DNA of 64,000 nt from Diadema antillarum (GCF_040938485.1 NW_027270929.1:2790001-2854000), one strand, 5' to 3'; counted from the stretch's first letter, positions 21,701-33,118 are shown. Numbers and translations: made by a program. The notes: generated from the sequence alone by a model not told the origin.

Positions 21701-24550
21701 GAGAGCTGGATGAACTGCGACCTTACCCCGTAGAAGTCCTTCCGGGTCAGCTGTATCTAGGAAATTACCAGCAGTCATGTAGTCCTGGAGTCAGGAAGGA
21801 CTTGAAGATCAAAGGTGTGCTGCACATATCCCAAGATGCAGAAGAATTGTAAGTCAAAAGAATAAATGCTGCTCCTATTCTAACCCCCCCCCCCACCCCC
21901 CCCCCCCCAAAAAAAAAAAATTAAAAAGTCCTAGTTTAGTTCATGAAATGAGAGTCGATAATAATCTACAGTTCTTGTCACATCAGCTCATAAAAACACA
22001 ATGCATAAAAACGTGGAACATTAGATCGGTGGATGCTATGAAAAGACAGATTGGCACTTGAGCTACCTCTAAGGCAGAACTTCTCTGCACCGGATATCTT
22101 AGTGACCACCTATAGGCCATGTATTTGTATCTGCTGGAGTAGGCAGGTTGCCAACAATTCACAATAGTTATAGACTGCCACAGCAATTGCTTACATTCTT
22201 GGAACGATGGAAACACTCTAGTTTAGCTGCTCTACCATGATTAAATTTTTAATTAAAATATGGATCTGTAAGAATGCATTCAGATGCATCTGGATCGCAG
22301 ATTTGCGCATACAGTTAAAAACAAAGAATCCCGTGGTCTTGCAAAACTAAGCATAACTAATCTCTAATAATTTTACAATCTACAGATCAGAGTCGCTGAA
22401 TGGTGTGGATCTACTGCACTGCTCCCTCACGGATGGAAACGAGGCTGACCTGCTTTCACAGTTTGGAGAAGTTTGCCGCTTCATTGGTGAGTTGTTGTTT
22501 TTTCTTATCCTCAAAAGATGTTTGTCAATCCTCTCCCACAGTGGCCAAGCCATATCGTGTTGTTTCCCCACCTGTTTCATGTCTACAAGTATTTTATGTA
22601 TTTACCCTAAAATAGTGAAGGTTATTACAGCCCCAATGACTGCTGGACGCTTAGCGTGCCTGAAAGCACCTGACTACTAAGTACACATGTAGCATCAACT
22701 GAATTCGACAGAATGCAGTTCGAAAATGAAGACAAAAGAAAAAAAATAACCACAGTTGGTACTACCAGGCAGAAATTGAGTCTACTTTTTAAATGCTTCC
22801 GGTATAAGACAGATTTTTTTTTTTCTTCTTCAGCCTTTTATTGTTCTCATTTTTCTGCTCACATTAAGTGTCATAATTGCTTGTGCAGCCAGGGTACAGT
22901 TGTATATAGTCCCTACATCTAATACAAGCTAATCAAATCTCTTTTTGCCCACCCCCCCCCCCCCAAAAAAAAGAAGATTTTACCCTAGTAGATGTTGATG
23001 TTGATGATAACACTAAATTAATATTTGTGCAACAGATTACCATAAGCTGTTATTTTCACATGCAGATATTGTCGCGAAGGAGGTCACAGACATTTTTTGC
23101 AAGGTGTTTTTGCAATTTGACACTGAGGCTATTGTAAGTGCACAAAGCTTTGAGTACACACCCTGGCATGTGGCAATATTTTTGCATGTTAAATCTGCGG
23201 CCCATCAGAGATTCACAAAATTCTCACAAAAATAACAGCATTTACAGTACTGAAAACAAAATCCTTCTAGTCTAACCGTGGGATACTGTAAAACAAGGAA
23301 TATTCGCATGCACTTTAATTTCGCAAATTTCGCAAGAGCGAAGATTCGCAAAATTGACATGCACGCGAAAGTTCTAATCTACACTATATGCATTGAATGT
23401 TAGAGGCAACTCGCGAAAATTTCATGCTGCGAAAAAGGTCGTTGGCTCCAATTTGCGAAAATTTCATGCCGCAAAAGTATTGTGTTTTACAGTATCTTTT
23501 CAGTGATGCTATTTTACAAAAGAAAGTGAATGTGGGGCCAAAGAATCCTAATGCAGGGTCTGCATTCTTGTTGTTTTCCTCACGTATCCTAGGCGACCAC
23601 GGAACAAAGAAGAGCCCAGTCCTCGTCTCCAGTGAACATGGTCTCAGCAGAAGTGCCTCAGCTGTCCTGGCCTACCTCATGCACCACTATAAGTGGCCTC
23701 TAAAGGTGAATATAATTATTCTAACCAATCGTAGGTCACCAACAAACTCTTGCCCGCTTGTTGAAGAGATGCTATGTACTGGATGCACCATTATCCAAGC
23801 TTTTTTTTTTTGCGACTTGCTTTATACATACACATACTTTATTCCGCATTCTTCCCCTGTAACCTCCTCCTTGTCACTGTTTTATGGTCTCCTTCCATTC
23901 TGAGGATGCCTTAGTGTAATATATGCACATGCTTTGTATAATGTGATGTATTCAAAGTAGGACTTTGTTTTTGTTCAGTCATAGTATTAGTTGAAAATAG
24001 TTTTCCTCCTAGGGAACTCCACGATGGTAAAAATTTACACACTCTAAAGTTGCATGACTAAAAGTGGTTTGAGAGAGAGTTTTTTCCATCCAAAGACTTC
24101 TGTTGTATCGCTGCACGATCAGGCTCGTAAAAAGGATCAACTAGGTAAAGTGAGACTCAGAGCTCCCACTGATTCTTGAATATCTCTCTTTCTTCTTTTT
24201 TCTCCTTCCTCGTTCTCCTTTACTTTCTCCTCCTCCATTTTCTTCTTCTTCTCCTCCTCCTCCTCCTCTTTTTCCTCCTGTATTTTCTCTCTGTTTCTCT
24301 ATCTACATCTCATCTGCCATATGTCTCTATCTCTCGCTGTGCTGTTGTTTCGTTTGTTATCCTTCTCACTCTTGACCATCCCCATGCCCTTCTGTGACCA
24401 CCCAAACAGGCTGCCTACAAACACCTCCAGGGCTGCAAGGGAAACATCAGACCCCACCGAGATTTTGTGCACCAGCTCTCAAAGTGGGAGGAGCAGATCT
24501 TTGGGGAGGATGGTGGTGTGCAGACGGATGTTTCTGACCCCTACTACTGA
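15760..24550 (+). CDS. STYXL1: Serine/threonine/tyrosine-interacting-like protein 1 (MK-STYX pseudophosphatase), 318 aa; join(15760..15783,17550..17679,18236..18297,18904..19006,19683..19801,21685..21848,22386..22486,23593..23705,24410..24550)
   Basis: GT-AG junctions with consistent phases (957 nt). [78 protein letters not shown] and the C-terminal DPYY match recalled human STYXL1 (rhodanese plus inactive DUSP domain). Confidence 0.92.
16700..16780. mobile_element. Degenerate inverted copy of the 85-bp piggyBac-like MITE
   Basis: ttaacctgattaagattagtcccgagtatactcaggcaggtgtct..gctatagcaaaatcag aligns to the reverse complement of 12017 and 32461. Confidence 0.6.
17026..17194. mobile_element. 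Foldback MITE with about 65-bp TIRs (PIF/Harbinger-like G-rich ends)
   Basis: GGGGGGCGTTTCATGAAGGAACTTGTTGGATAAAAT..CCGACAAGTT and its near-perfect reverse complement. The target duplication is obscured by a poly-C run. Confidence 0.8.
17550..17679 (+). CDS. STYXL1: STYXL1 coding exon 2
   Basis: [43 protein letters not shown]; AG acceptor, GTAAGT donor. Confidence 0.92.
18236..18297 (+). CDS. STYXL1: STYXL1 coding exon 3
   Basis: (D)[20 protein letters not shown]; AG acceptor, GTAAGT donor. Confidence 0.9.
18904..19006 (+). CDS. STYXL1: STYXL1 coding exon 4
   Basis: [34 protein letters not shown]; AG acceptor, GTGAGT donor. Confidence 0.9.
19683..19801 (+). CDS. STYXL1: STYXL1 coding exon 5
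   Basis: [39 protein letters not shown]; AG acceptor, GTATGA donor. Confidence 0.92.
19927..21142. mobile_element. Kolobok-like TTAA-target non-autonomous element interrupted by a nested insertion
   Basis: TTAA|AGGGACTGTACAGTA ... TACTGCAGTCCCT|TGAA. The left TIR continues at 20783 (CTAGTTGAGGTGAGGAT), matching the reverse complement of GATCCTCACCTCAACCAATAC at the right end. Confidence 0.8.
19942..20780. mobile_element. 839-bp nested DNA element, TGG..CCA ends, TA duplication
   Basis: TA|TGGTAGGTGTT ... AACACCGAACCA|TA inside the host TIR. CpG-rich and non-coding. Confidence 0.7.
21685..21848 (+). CDS. STYXL1: STYXL1 coding exon 6
   Basis: [54 protein letters not shown]; AG acceptor, GTAAGT donor. 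Confidence 0.92.
22386..22486 (+). CDS. STYXL1: STYXL1 coding exon 7
   Basis: [33 protein letters not shown]; AG acceptor, GTGAGT donor. Confidence 0.88.
23286..23492. mobile_element. 207-bp CTGTA-family MITE
   Basis: TA|CTGTAAAAC ... GTTTTACAG|TA. Colinear with 27855-28061. Confidence 0.85.
23593..23705 (+). CDS. STYXL1: STYXL1 coding exon 8 (degenerate PTP loop)
   Basis: [37 protein letters not shown]; AG acceptor, GTGAAT donor. Confidence 0.92.
24176..24305. repeat. Polypyrimidine (CTT/CCT) low-complexity tract
   Basis: Almost pure C/T run upstream of the last STYXL1 exon. Confidence 0.85.
24410..24550 (+). CDS. STYXL1: STYXL1 coding exon 9 (terminal)
   Basis: [46 protein letters not shown]. 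Candidate AATAAA at 25158. Confidence 0.92.
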   Translation, partial: AAYKHLQGCKGNIRPHRDFVHQLSKWEEQIFGEDGGVQTDVSDPYY

Positions 24551-27500
24551 GGTCAACACCCGTATGCTGCTCATGATGCCAACTTCATCTCCCGCCTTCC
24601 AAATTCTCTCAGGCTCTTTCGAACTTGTAAATATACAGGAACTATGCAATGAACTGGGAACAAATGTGATTGAAATTTGAAGACACTTGCTGTTTTTTTT
24701 CCCCCTTTTTTTTAATCTAAGTTGATGATGCAATACTTTTGATGAACAAAAAGTACTATTTGGGTTAATTCTTCATTTATCATTGTGGGTGTGTTGATTG
24801 GAATGGTGAACAATAATGTACTTAGAAATTTGTGAATATATGAAGCTTGAGGAATCATGAACTTTGAGTCACTAAATTTTGAAAGAAATTGTATAAGTGA
24901 CTGATGAATTGTACCGACTATGTAGCTATGGTGTGGAATATACAAATTCTACACACTGTGCAACATACTAGTATCATAAAGCAACCACATATACAGTATA
25001 CACGGCTCTTCAAATCCTGTACTTTTGGAGGAAACAGAGCCATACACTTCAATGGCTAACAGGTACGGTGAGTGCATCTTTACATAATTAAATGTAGCAT
25101 CAGGTATTTAAAAACACAGATTGATGGTAAATATTAAGGTATTAGTCTCCACTTTCAAATAAAGAGAGCTTTTAATTTCATGAGAGTTGCTTAAGAAGTA
25201 ACACCCCTCCATAAGGGGGAGGGGGGTGGCTACGGTCAAAAATGCAAAATGTGGCAGCAGATTTATTCTCTATTCAACCATTGTTTCTTGAAAAATAGTT
25301 TAACTCTTATTTATCTTTCTTAATACAAAAGCATACCCCGTCCTGTAAAGCAACTAGCTCAAATAGGATGAAAGTGCAGGTAGTTTGTGAGGAAAAGAAG
25401 ACAGGCCCAATTCAGCAGCCTATGGTTATATTCTTTGTATAAGACAAATTATATGGCAATGCAACATAACTGTTTATTAGAATCATGAATGATATGATCA
25501 TGAATTGAAAGCTCAGTTCTTTCTTCGAGCTGAACAATGTTTGACATGATAAAATAAAAATGCAAGCAGAAGTAAATCAGAAAACAAACAATATAGTTGG
25601 GGTATTGTCAAGGGTTCTGTTTGTATTAGAAAAAAAAAATGTTGAAGAAGGCAAGTAGAACTCCCTATTAAAGGAAGTAAATTAAGGGCTGCATTGAAGG
25701 TGGGCTACGGCCCACACTATGGCATTCAATCTAAATCAGGATATTTGTTTGAATTAGAGCATGAATGTACAATAGAATAATTATATTCTTCTCTACCTAC
25801 TTGTTATGGTATCACGTCAATTCAATCCAATGCATTGTTCAATGGTATTATTTCTGGGAAGTAATAATTGCCTGATGATTGCACCTCATGGAGGTTGCAA
25901 TAAATACGGATGAACCTGCAGTCAACTGCGTGACTTGTTCTAATACTTCTTCTCTACCTATATATTTTCATATGTATCACCACAATTCAGTATGTTCCAA
26001 CACTATGGCCACATCATCAGTATTCTACTTGTATATGTTTAACACTCTGAAAAAATACTATAAGAGAGTAGGTCTACTTGTAGATGTCAGTTCACTTTGT
26101 TAGAAGTAACATCTTTTGATAGTAACATTACTTTTGTAGTCATGTAGCATTTGTTTTGTATACTGTATCAATAGAATCTATGTCAGTACTTGCCCATTGA
26201 AAGAGAGAACAAAAAAGAAGTATTCATTTGAAAAGTGTTCATGGTGCCATTTAGAAGGTTTTTCATAGAGGATTGTACATGTAGTTTATATCATATTTGA
26301 ATTATGTATGGCATGCTTTTTGTTGCATCATCAAACTGAATAGAATGATAACAATAACAATAATAGAAACAATATGCCTTTCTTATGAACATGTAAACAG
26401 ATTATTACATAAGTTAGATGCAGTTGACTGAACTGAACATGTTCTTGTAAATGCTAGTCTTAACCTGGGGTCTAAGCATTGAGGATTTTGAACCGGATAA
26501 GAGGTTTTGTGTTGGCATGTACATCTGAAGGAGTTCCTTATGATATGAAATGATATCCCTGTTAAACATGGGATAGCAAGTGCAGACTGTGCTACTGTTT
26601 TTAAAAGCTTTTCAAAGCTTCCATTTTTATGCCTCAAAAAAAAAAAAAAAAATTGTACCACCGACATGTCAAAAGCAGTTTAGTTTCTTTTCCTTCTCCA
26701 TCAGTCTTTAAGAGGCATTTCACAAATCATGTCACTTTGATTGTATCAGTCATTTTGGGTTATCTGCTCCTCTTTGGAGCATTTTTGCTCAATATTGATG
26801 TCAAAGATGTCAAAGTTCAATATTGATTGGGATTGTGATAGCAGTTTTGTGTACCTCCAGTAAATGTTGTGAACATGTAAATGTACACCCTCCAAAGTTC
26901 CTCATCGTCAGGAGTGGACAACAATCGTATGCTCCTAGCCTGACACACACACTGATTTCCATCATCCGCATTCTCCAGAATGGAGTAAACACCAGAACAA
27001 ACTTTTATACATGCGCACAAACATAAAGAAAGAACAAATGAATATAAGGAGTACCAGTAAGATCTCCACTCCTAAGTCATTCCATGTGGAATTTGTGTTT
27101 GATAAAAATCAGCTGTGTTTTATAAAATTAATCGCTACAAATATCAATAATAGCCTATTTCAAGACTTGAGTTTCATGCAAAATGTTTTAATGTGTGTAC
27201 TTACAATCATGCTGCTTCTCACTTGATCTTAGGGACCTCATGCAAATGTAACATTTTCAATCTAATTTGTGTCATATTTTGTAATGAATTACTGTGCCCA
27301 GATGCAGCTGCACAGGATGAGAAAATCAGGTTGCATTTCACACTGACATGCTACTATCCCAAAGTTGTCTCCTCATTTTTTTTTTCAATATTTGAAACTT
27401 ATATGCCTTGCATTATGACTGACTTTTAATAGGGATGATATTTTGTCCATTCTGTTTTGCTTTCTTTTTCTGTACCTGTTACATAGCCCAGTACTGCCTT

Positions 27501-27854
27501 GTGTATTCAATCTTCCAATTTCATTCTATTCACAGATCTCAGATTCTTGAGATTCATTTCCATGTTGCATAAGTATGGTAAAGAGGTGTATATATTTGTT
27601 TTGCATCATTATTTATTGGTACAATTTGGATGATGTGAAAATACAGCTGTATATATTACAGTGAAGATATGTGTCACAATGTTGTTCTTTGTCTGGGAGT
27701 ATGATATGATACTGAACACTCGTGACCATGTCGCATTTAATCACATAAGACATAATGTCTCCTTTCAGCTCTGTGTATGTTATATGTCGTCATAATGAAA
27801 GTTACCTCTTGGTCTAAAGGGATGCAGAAAGACAGCATACTTGCAGAATGCATA

Positions 27855-28061
27855 CTGTAAAACGAGGAATTTTCGCGTGCATTTTAATTTCGCGAATTTC
27901 GCGAGCGCCAAGATTCGCGAAATTAAAATGCATGCGAAAGTTCTTGTCTACACTATATGCATTGAATGCCAGTGGCAGTTCGCGAAAATTCCATGCCGCA
28001 AAAAAGGCCGTCGGCTCCAATTCACGAAAAATTCATGCTGCGAATATATCATGTTTTACAG
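27855..28061. mobile_element. 207-bp CTGTA-family MITE (CpG-rich copy)
   Basis: TA|CTGTAAAAC ... GTTTTACAG|TA, with repeated TTCGCGAA motifs. Confidence 0.88.
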
Positions 28062-28408
28062 TATGCACATACTCTTTAAAATGTCAACTAGAGAAATTAG
28101 TATTAGGGTGAAATCCCACAAAGTAACAGTAGTATTATGTTTCATTAAAGTTTCACTAAACATGCATCATCAATATACTCTGAAAAAAAAAAAAATGTCA
28201 TGAAACCACATGAGTGTTGGGGTCTGCGAGACATTTGAGTCATGAGTCACTTGAGCTGTTTGATTGCAAGGCAGGCACACTACTGGCTGAGCCAGCTCAC
28301 CATTTTCATTATGCCCAACTCCACATCATAATGCACTTAACGAAGGTACTCAGACTAACAAAGATGCTGGTAGCTGCTAGATCCTGCTAGCAGCACCACT
28401 TTGTACTT

Positions 28409-29029
28409 TCATTGCACGACTGATCCTTTGTAGGTCAAGGCAATGTCCAGCAACTCCTTACCCAGAGTCTCTTTGGCCCCTCCTGGCAAAAATTCAGGCG
28501 TAAGTTCCCGCAGCGTGACAGCTATCCGTCGCGATGTGATAGCTTCCCTGGGAATTGCATGCTGCCACTTGTATCTCGCATCCGCACTCAGCACGAGCAG
28601 GCTCCTTCGTGGCATTGGTATCAAGAGCTCATCGACGGCTAACGTCCTGGAAGAAACTGTCTCGCTTCGATGCGTTTCACTGCTTGAGTCTACCTGAGAG
28701 TTTTCATATTCATCTGCAATACAAGACAGTCCAGCTTCCCAACCATTTTCTGCCCCTTGGGCAGCCTGTTTCAGTAGCAGGAACGTGTCGGAGAGCAGGT
28801 TGATTGTCACAAGCCTGTCGCCCCACAGCCAGAAGTCGTCGAAGTGGAGGTCGATGGCCGACCCTCTATCTGGCCTGTAATCCAAGTGGCACTGCTCCAC
28901 CGGGACAAAGTCCTGCAGCGATTCAAGCTCGACCATGCGAGCCACCAATGGCTCACTGAAGTGCGGAAGCCCCGTGAAGCCACCCATCTTAACCTTCCTC
29001 CTCTTGAAGTTTGGCTTTGGTCCATAATC
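28409..29029 (-). CDS. ALKBH4: ALKBH4 coding exon 3
   Basis: Lies within ORF 28409-29050. Acceptor tctcttggcAG before DYGPK. Confidence 0.95.
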   Translation of the reverse strand, partial: DYGPKPNFKRRKVKMGGFTGLPHFSEPLVARMVELESLQDFVPVEQCHLDYRPDRGSAIDLHFDDFWLWGDRLVTINLLSDTFLLLKQAAQGAENGWEAGLSCIADEYENSQVDSSSETHRSETVSSRTLAVDELLIPMPRRSLLVLSADARYKWQHAIPREAITSRRIAVTLRELTPEFLPGGAKETLGKELLDIALTYKGSVVQ

Positions 29030-32000
29030 CTGCCAAGAGAAATGATGCATACAGTATAGGCGGTAAATGCAAAGCTGACTCAGAAATCATTGGTTTTTCC
29101 TGAAGAATGACAAATTTGTGATTCTTCTGGCATACACACATTCTCGCTGTTTTGCCATGAGTGCCCCCATTTGCGACTATTCCATTTCAACTTGCTTACA
29201 TGCAATGGTTGAAGGGTACTCTTTCAATCTTGAAGGGTATTGTTTCAATGAAATGATATCCCACACAGCAAGCAGATCTCATAAAAATAAATCTTGAATA
29301 GCCTAGAGGGACTACAAACACATATGAAAAGGGAATAGATTTCACCATATGTCTGATAAAAATGGGATAGTGTAAAAAGGTTTAATTAAGATATGTACAC
29401 GGAGAAACCTACTTAACCCTCTGTGACCATCGTCTGAAAAGACGTCAAGATTGAATGCACTGAATGCACACCCAGAGGTAACTTTTTTCATAGGCAGGTA
29501 TGGCATCATACTTCTGGCACTATTCAACACAAAATTCTCCACAGAGGAACGATATGCGAGTCTTTCTCCCCTCTCCCCACCCCCATGCTCCATCCCATTC
29601 CGAAGGTAAAAGGACAGCAGCTCCTAGACAAAGGGTCCACCTCTAACCTGCTTGTGTCTCCCAGACTGAGAGGGCTTCCAGGGACTCTCGTCAATTATGC
29701 GCACCATCTTCAGCTCCTCCTCTTCACTTATGAAATCTGGTATCACAAGGATGCCTGGAAGAAGAAATCCTCCGTTGTCATGGACAACTGGGCAACAACC
29801 TGAAGAGGATACTTGGACACCTGGGTCATGATGAGGTGGCTGCACCTTCCCACACAGATAGCAGTATCTCCACAGGGCCTGAATGAGAAGCAATTCAAAT
29901 TGTATATCAAGGACAGGCAGGGTGGGGCTAATTGAGACCAAACCTCTTAAATCATATTACACTGTATTTGTTCTGTCAGTTGCTGTGTGAAGAACATGAA
30001 AAAAAAAAAACTTGGTAGTCAATCCTCAGTCCGCTCTCTTTTCAATGCATACAATATCTTACCTGACTGTGCATATAAGGGAACTATCAAAATATATGAC
30101 AATTACAAAACCCTTACTATACAGGATTTGAGGAAAGTGATGTAACAGAAATTGATAAAAACTTGAATATTGTACTGGACTTTGTGACAAGTAACCATCG
30201 CTGAACATACGATTCATTTTGTCCTGAGCAGCAAAAGTGTCATGGTGTTAGGTTCTCGTGCCATAATCTGGCTTATCTATTCATTCACTTTTCTTTCTTT
30301 CTTTCTTCTTTTCTTTTGAACATTGTATATATGTGACCGTGCACCTCAAAACGAACATAAAGTCGCACACACTGATTTTGCGTAAGGACTGAAAATAAGT
30401 GAAATGGGTCAACCTAGCCGAACTTGACTTTTTCATATTTTCTGAAAAAGCGGGTCTTCTTTTACATTACACTAAAATTTGGTATCATAAAACGGGCAGG
30501 AAAGTGTGTTTTTTTAGCAGTTTATCTCGAACATTTTTGGTAGAATAGTGTGATTAGGTGTGTCTTTAGAATCCCTTTTTCATTTATGAAAAACCTTGTC
30601 CACACTCTTCACTTTCAACTCTAATAACTTATGAAAGGATAGTGCTACTGCTTTGAAACTTGGCATTAATTATGGACAGAATGTGTTAATGAGGCATGCT
30701 TAATTTCAATTTAATTTGATAATCCCTTCATTGTTGTTACTCTGGTGGTTTACTTCCTGTTTTTTGTTCCATTCATCGCACAGCCAGCACGGTTTAGTAA
30801 AGATTAAGCGCTTGAATAGACACGGTACTTCAGAGCCTCTTTTCTCAGTTCACACTTTTCCTGAGTTTGTGCTTTCTTTCCAATATTTAGATAGGTTAAG
30901 AGAGTCCATTTTATTTGAGTTATACATCATTTTAAAGCTTAAAGTCTGCTCTTTTAGAATGTGGTCTTATCAAAAAATTCATGTCTGGCGACTTCTTGTT
31001 TGTTTTGAGGTGCAGGGTCACATATGGTACTTATTTATGTTAAACTAAAAACTTTGATAATGGAACATATATCTTAATCACCCTGCAGTGTTGCACATAA
31101 CATGAGTTGTAGTTCACTGTTCTCAAAACAAATTACAAGGCTGGAATTTCATATTCGCAATTCATCACACCCTCAATGATGTAAGTACTACATCCATTAG
31201 GTGTAACTACGAGTAATATACGCATACACGTGTATAATTCCCACCTACAGTGCACTCCCATTACAAAGAACACTCTTATAATGAAATTACGGTTACAACG
31301 AAGTAAAAATTCAGGCTGCAACATTATCTGCTTTATGTATTTTATTATTTGTTTGGGTATAACAAAATATTGATATAATGAAAGAAAACTGCCAGTCTGG
31401 CCAGTCTCAAGGACTTTGTTGTAATGGGAGTCCACTGTACTGCATGAATATTGCTATACCATAGGAGGGGGGTGTTGAATACTGTACGAGCTGAAGTTTT
31501 CGCGGTGGTTTTATTTTCGCGAATTTCGCGAATCGCCTTTGTGCGAAAATAACAACATTCATAAATAACAATGCGCGAATAACTAAGTTCAGTTAGACCC
31601 TCGCAACCGCATAATTAACAACATGCGAAAATGTCCTCCAAGTAGCAATTCGCGAAAATATCTATACGCGAAAATTTCACCTCGTACAGTATAGGGGACA
31701 ATAAAACATGATACAATTCACTCCCATAATAACAAATATGGTCACAACAAAATTTTCAGTACCCGATATAGCAAAGTAAAAATTCAGGTCCCAAATGATG
31801 AATGACATAATCTTATACTTTACTGTTCTGACAGCTACAGCAACATTTCAATCTAACAGAAGAAAACTGCTGGTCCTTTACGATTTCTTGATGACAAAAA
31901 TCATGCAAATTGCAAGCAGCAAGTAGTGGAAAACTAGGTTCGGTTCAATACCTCCAGGTTCCAAGAGGTAGCAGGAGGTGCCGCTGAGGTCCCCTGTCTC

Positions 32001-32065
32001 TCGCAGGCAAGGCAAGTCCGTATGCCCTTGCACCCACAGGGGCGGGGCTGGTGTAGTCCCTCCAT
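28409..32065 (-). CDS. ALKBH4: Alpha-ketoglutarate-dependent dioxygenase alkB homolog 4, 321 aa; complement(join(28409..29029,29648..29878,31952..32065))
   Basis: PCGCKGIRTCLACE, PGILVIPDFISEEEE, PWKPSQSGRHKQ|DYGPKPNF, VEQCHLDY, GSAIDLHFDDFWLWG (HxD), WQHAI (distal His) and RRIAVTLREL match recalled human ALKBH4. All introns are phase 0. Confidence 0.95.
29648..29878 (-). CDS. ALKBH4: ALKBH4 coding exon 2
   Basis: ALWRYCYLCGK...SGRHKQ; acceptor cttctcattcAG, donor GTTAGA. Confidence 0.9.
30332..31022. mobile_element. 691-bp non-autonomous DNA element, TGT..ACA ends, TA duplication
   Basis: TA|TGTGACCGTGCACCTCAAAAC ... GTTTTGAGGTGCAGGGTCACA|TA. 21-bp TIR with one mismatch. Confidence 0.85.
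31248..31437. mobile_element. Tc1/mariner-pogo-type MITE (CAGTG family)
   Basis: TA|CAGTGCACTCCCATTACAAAG ... CTTTGTTGTAATGGGAGTCCACTG|TA. A truncated related copy follows at about 31715-31800. Confidence 0.82.
31482..31689. mobile_element. 208-bp CTGTA-family MITE (CTGTACGAG subfamily)
   Basis: TA|CTGTACGAG ... CTCGTACAG|TA, with TTCGCGAA motifs. Confidence 0.82.
31952..32065 (-). CDS. ALKBH4: ALKBH4 coding exon 1
   Basis: MEGLHQPRPCGCKGIRTCLACERQGTSAAPPATSWNLE; donor GTATTG. An upstream acceptor at 32095 implies a preceding 5' exon. Confidence 0.88.
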
Positions 32066-32460
32066 TACCAGAGGCCTCAAAGCTTGGCTTGATCCTGTGG
32101 GAATGTGTGTAAGAAAAATGCATTGCATGCAAGTTCCTATCAGGATATTCACCTTTTCCTGACAATGACCTATGCTGTACAGAGTAAGTGTCGATTCAAG
32201 TCTACGACTACACTAATTCCAGTTCCACATCCCTGCTGCAAGCACTGACCATGCACATCCACAGTTGCACAAATCACCAAGGTAAATGATATCTTGAGAG
32301 TGACCACTCTGCCCTGCTGAGAAGATCTGCAAGAATGCTTCTAAATACACCCCTTCATAGCATGACAAGTGCGTCTGATTATTACATGTACTCCTGTTTG
32401 TGGCATGATAACCAAGGTACAGTACCAAGAACTCGGCAACATTCAAAATGCAAATTTTAC

Positions 32461-32546
32461 CCCGTTGAGGACGAGCTGATTTTGCTACAACATTCGTTTC
32501 CTGATAGACACTTGCCCGAGTATACTAGGTACTTGTCCTCAACGGG
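32461..32546. mobile_element. 85-bp piggyBac-like MITE
   Basis: CCCGTTGAGGAC ... GTCCTCAACGGG|TTAA. Colinear with 12017-12101. Confidence 0.82.
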
Positions 32547-32983
32547 TTAATAATAATCTAATATTACTGACCCAGTCTGCAGAAACCGGTGACGGTGTAC
32601 ACTGTATTTCTGGTGCAGCTGGCCCGGTGAGCTGCCTCCTGGAAAGACTACACAGTTGGTATTCAATCAGAGTAGATATGATCAATATCTCCGCCTTCAC
32701 AATTTTAGGCAGCTTGTCGCCTTTTAAACATTAAACATCCACTTAGCCCAGGGCAGGCCTCTTCCAACTATAGACTACCAGCTCCTCCTGGCTGGCATGA
32801 CTGCAGTGTGTAAACATGGAGGTGTGATTACTGTCCCTAGACCCTGTGACTCATGGCCGTGACGTGACACTTGTCACAGGTTTTTTAATTCTCAATTTAA
32901 TTCTACATCATAGCAGGTGTCAGATGGCGTTGCCGTTCAGAATATGGTCGAATTATGAGTCGCATGCATTTTTTTTTTTTTTA

Positions 32984-33118
32984 AGGTCACAAACACATGC
33001 ACATAGGCCTACACATATCTCTATATGTGGGACTGTTGTATTTTTTTTAGGTCACAAACACATGCACATACAAATGTAGCATAGGCCTACACATATCTCT
33101 ATTTGTGGGACTGTTGTA
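32984..33118. repeat. Two-copy tandem duplication (about 57-70 bp units)
   Basis: aggtcacaaacacatgcacata..ggcctacacatatctcta..tgtgggactgttgta occurs twice; the second copy has a short insertion. Confidence 0.85.

Noticed and set aside
23397-23903. 168-aa ORF as a single coding unit
   Set aside because: Composite of MITE sequence, intron and STYXL1 exon 8; only 23593-23705 is coding.
24548-28411. TGA stops of STYXL1 and ALKBH4 as selenocysteine or readthrough
   Set aside because: Both fall where the recalled vertebrate orthologues end (DPLY; QGRPV), and no SECIS-like element was recognised.
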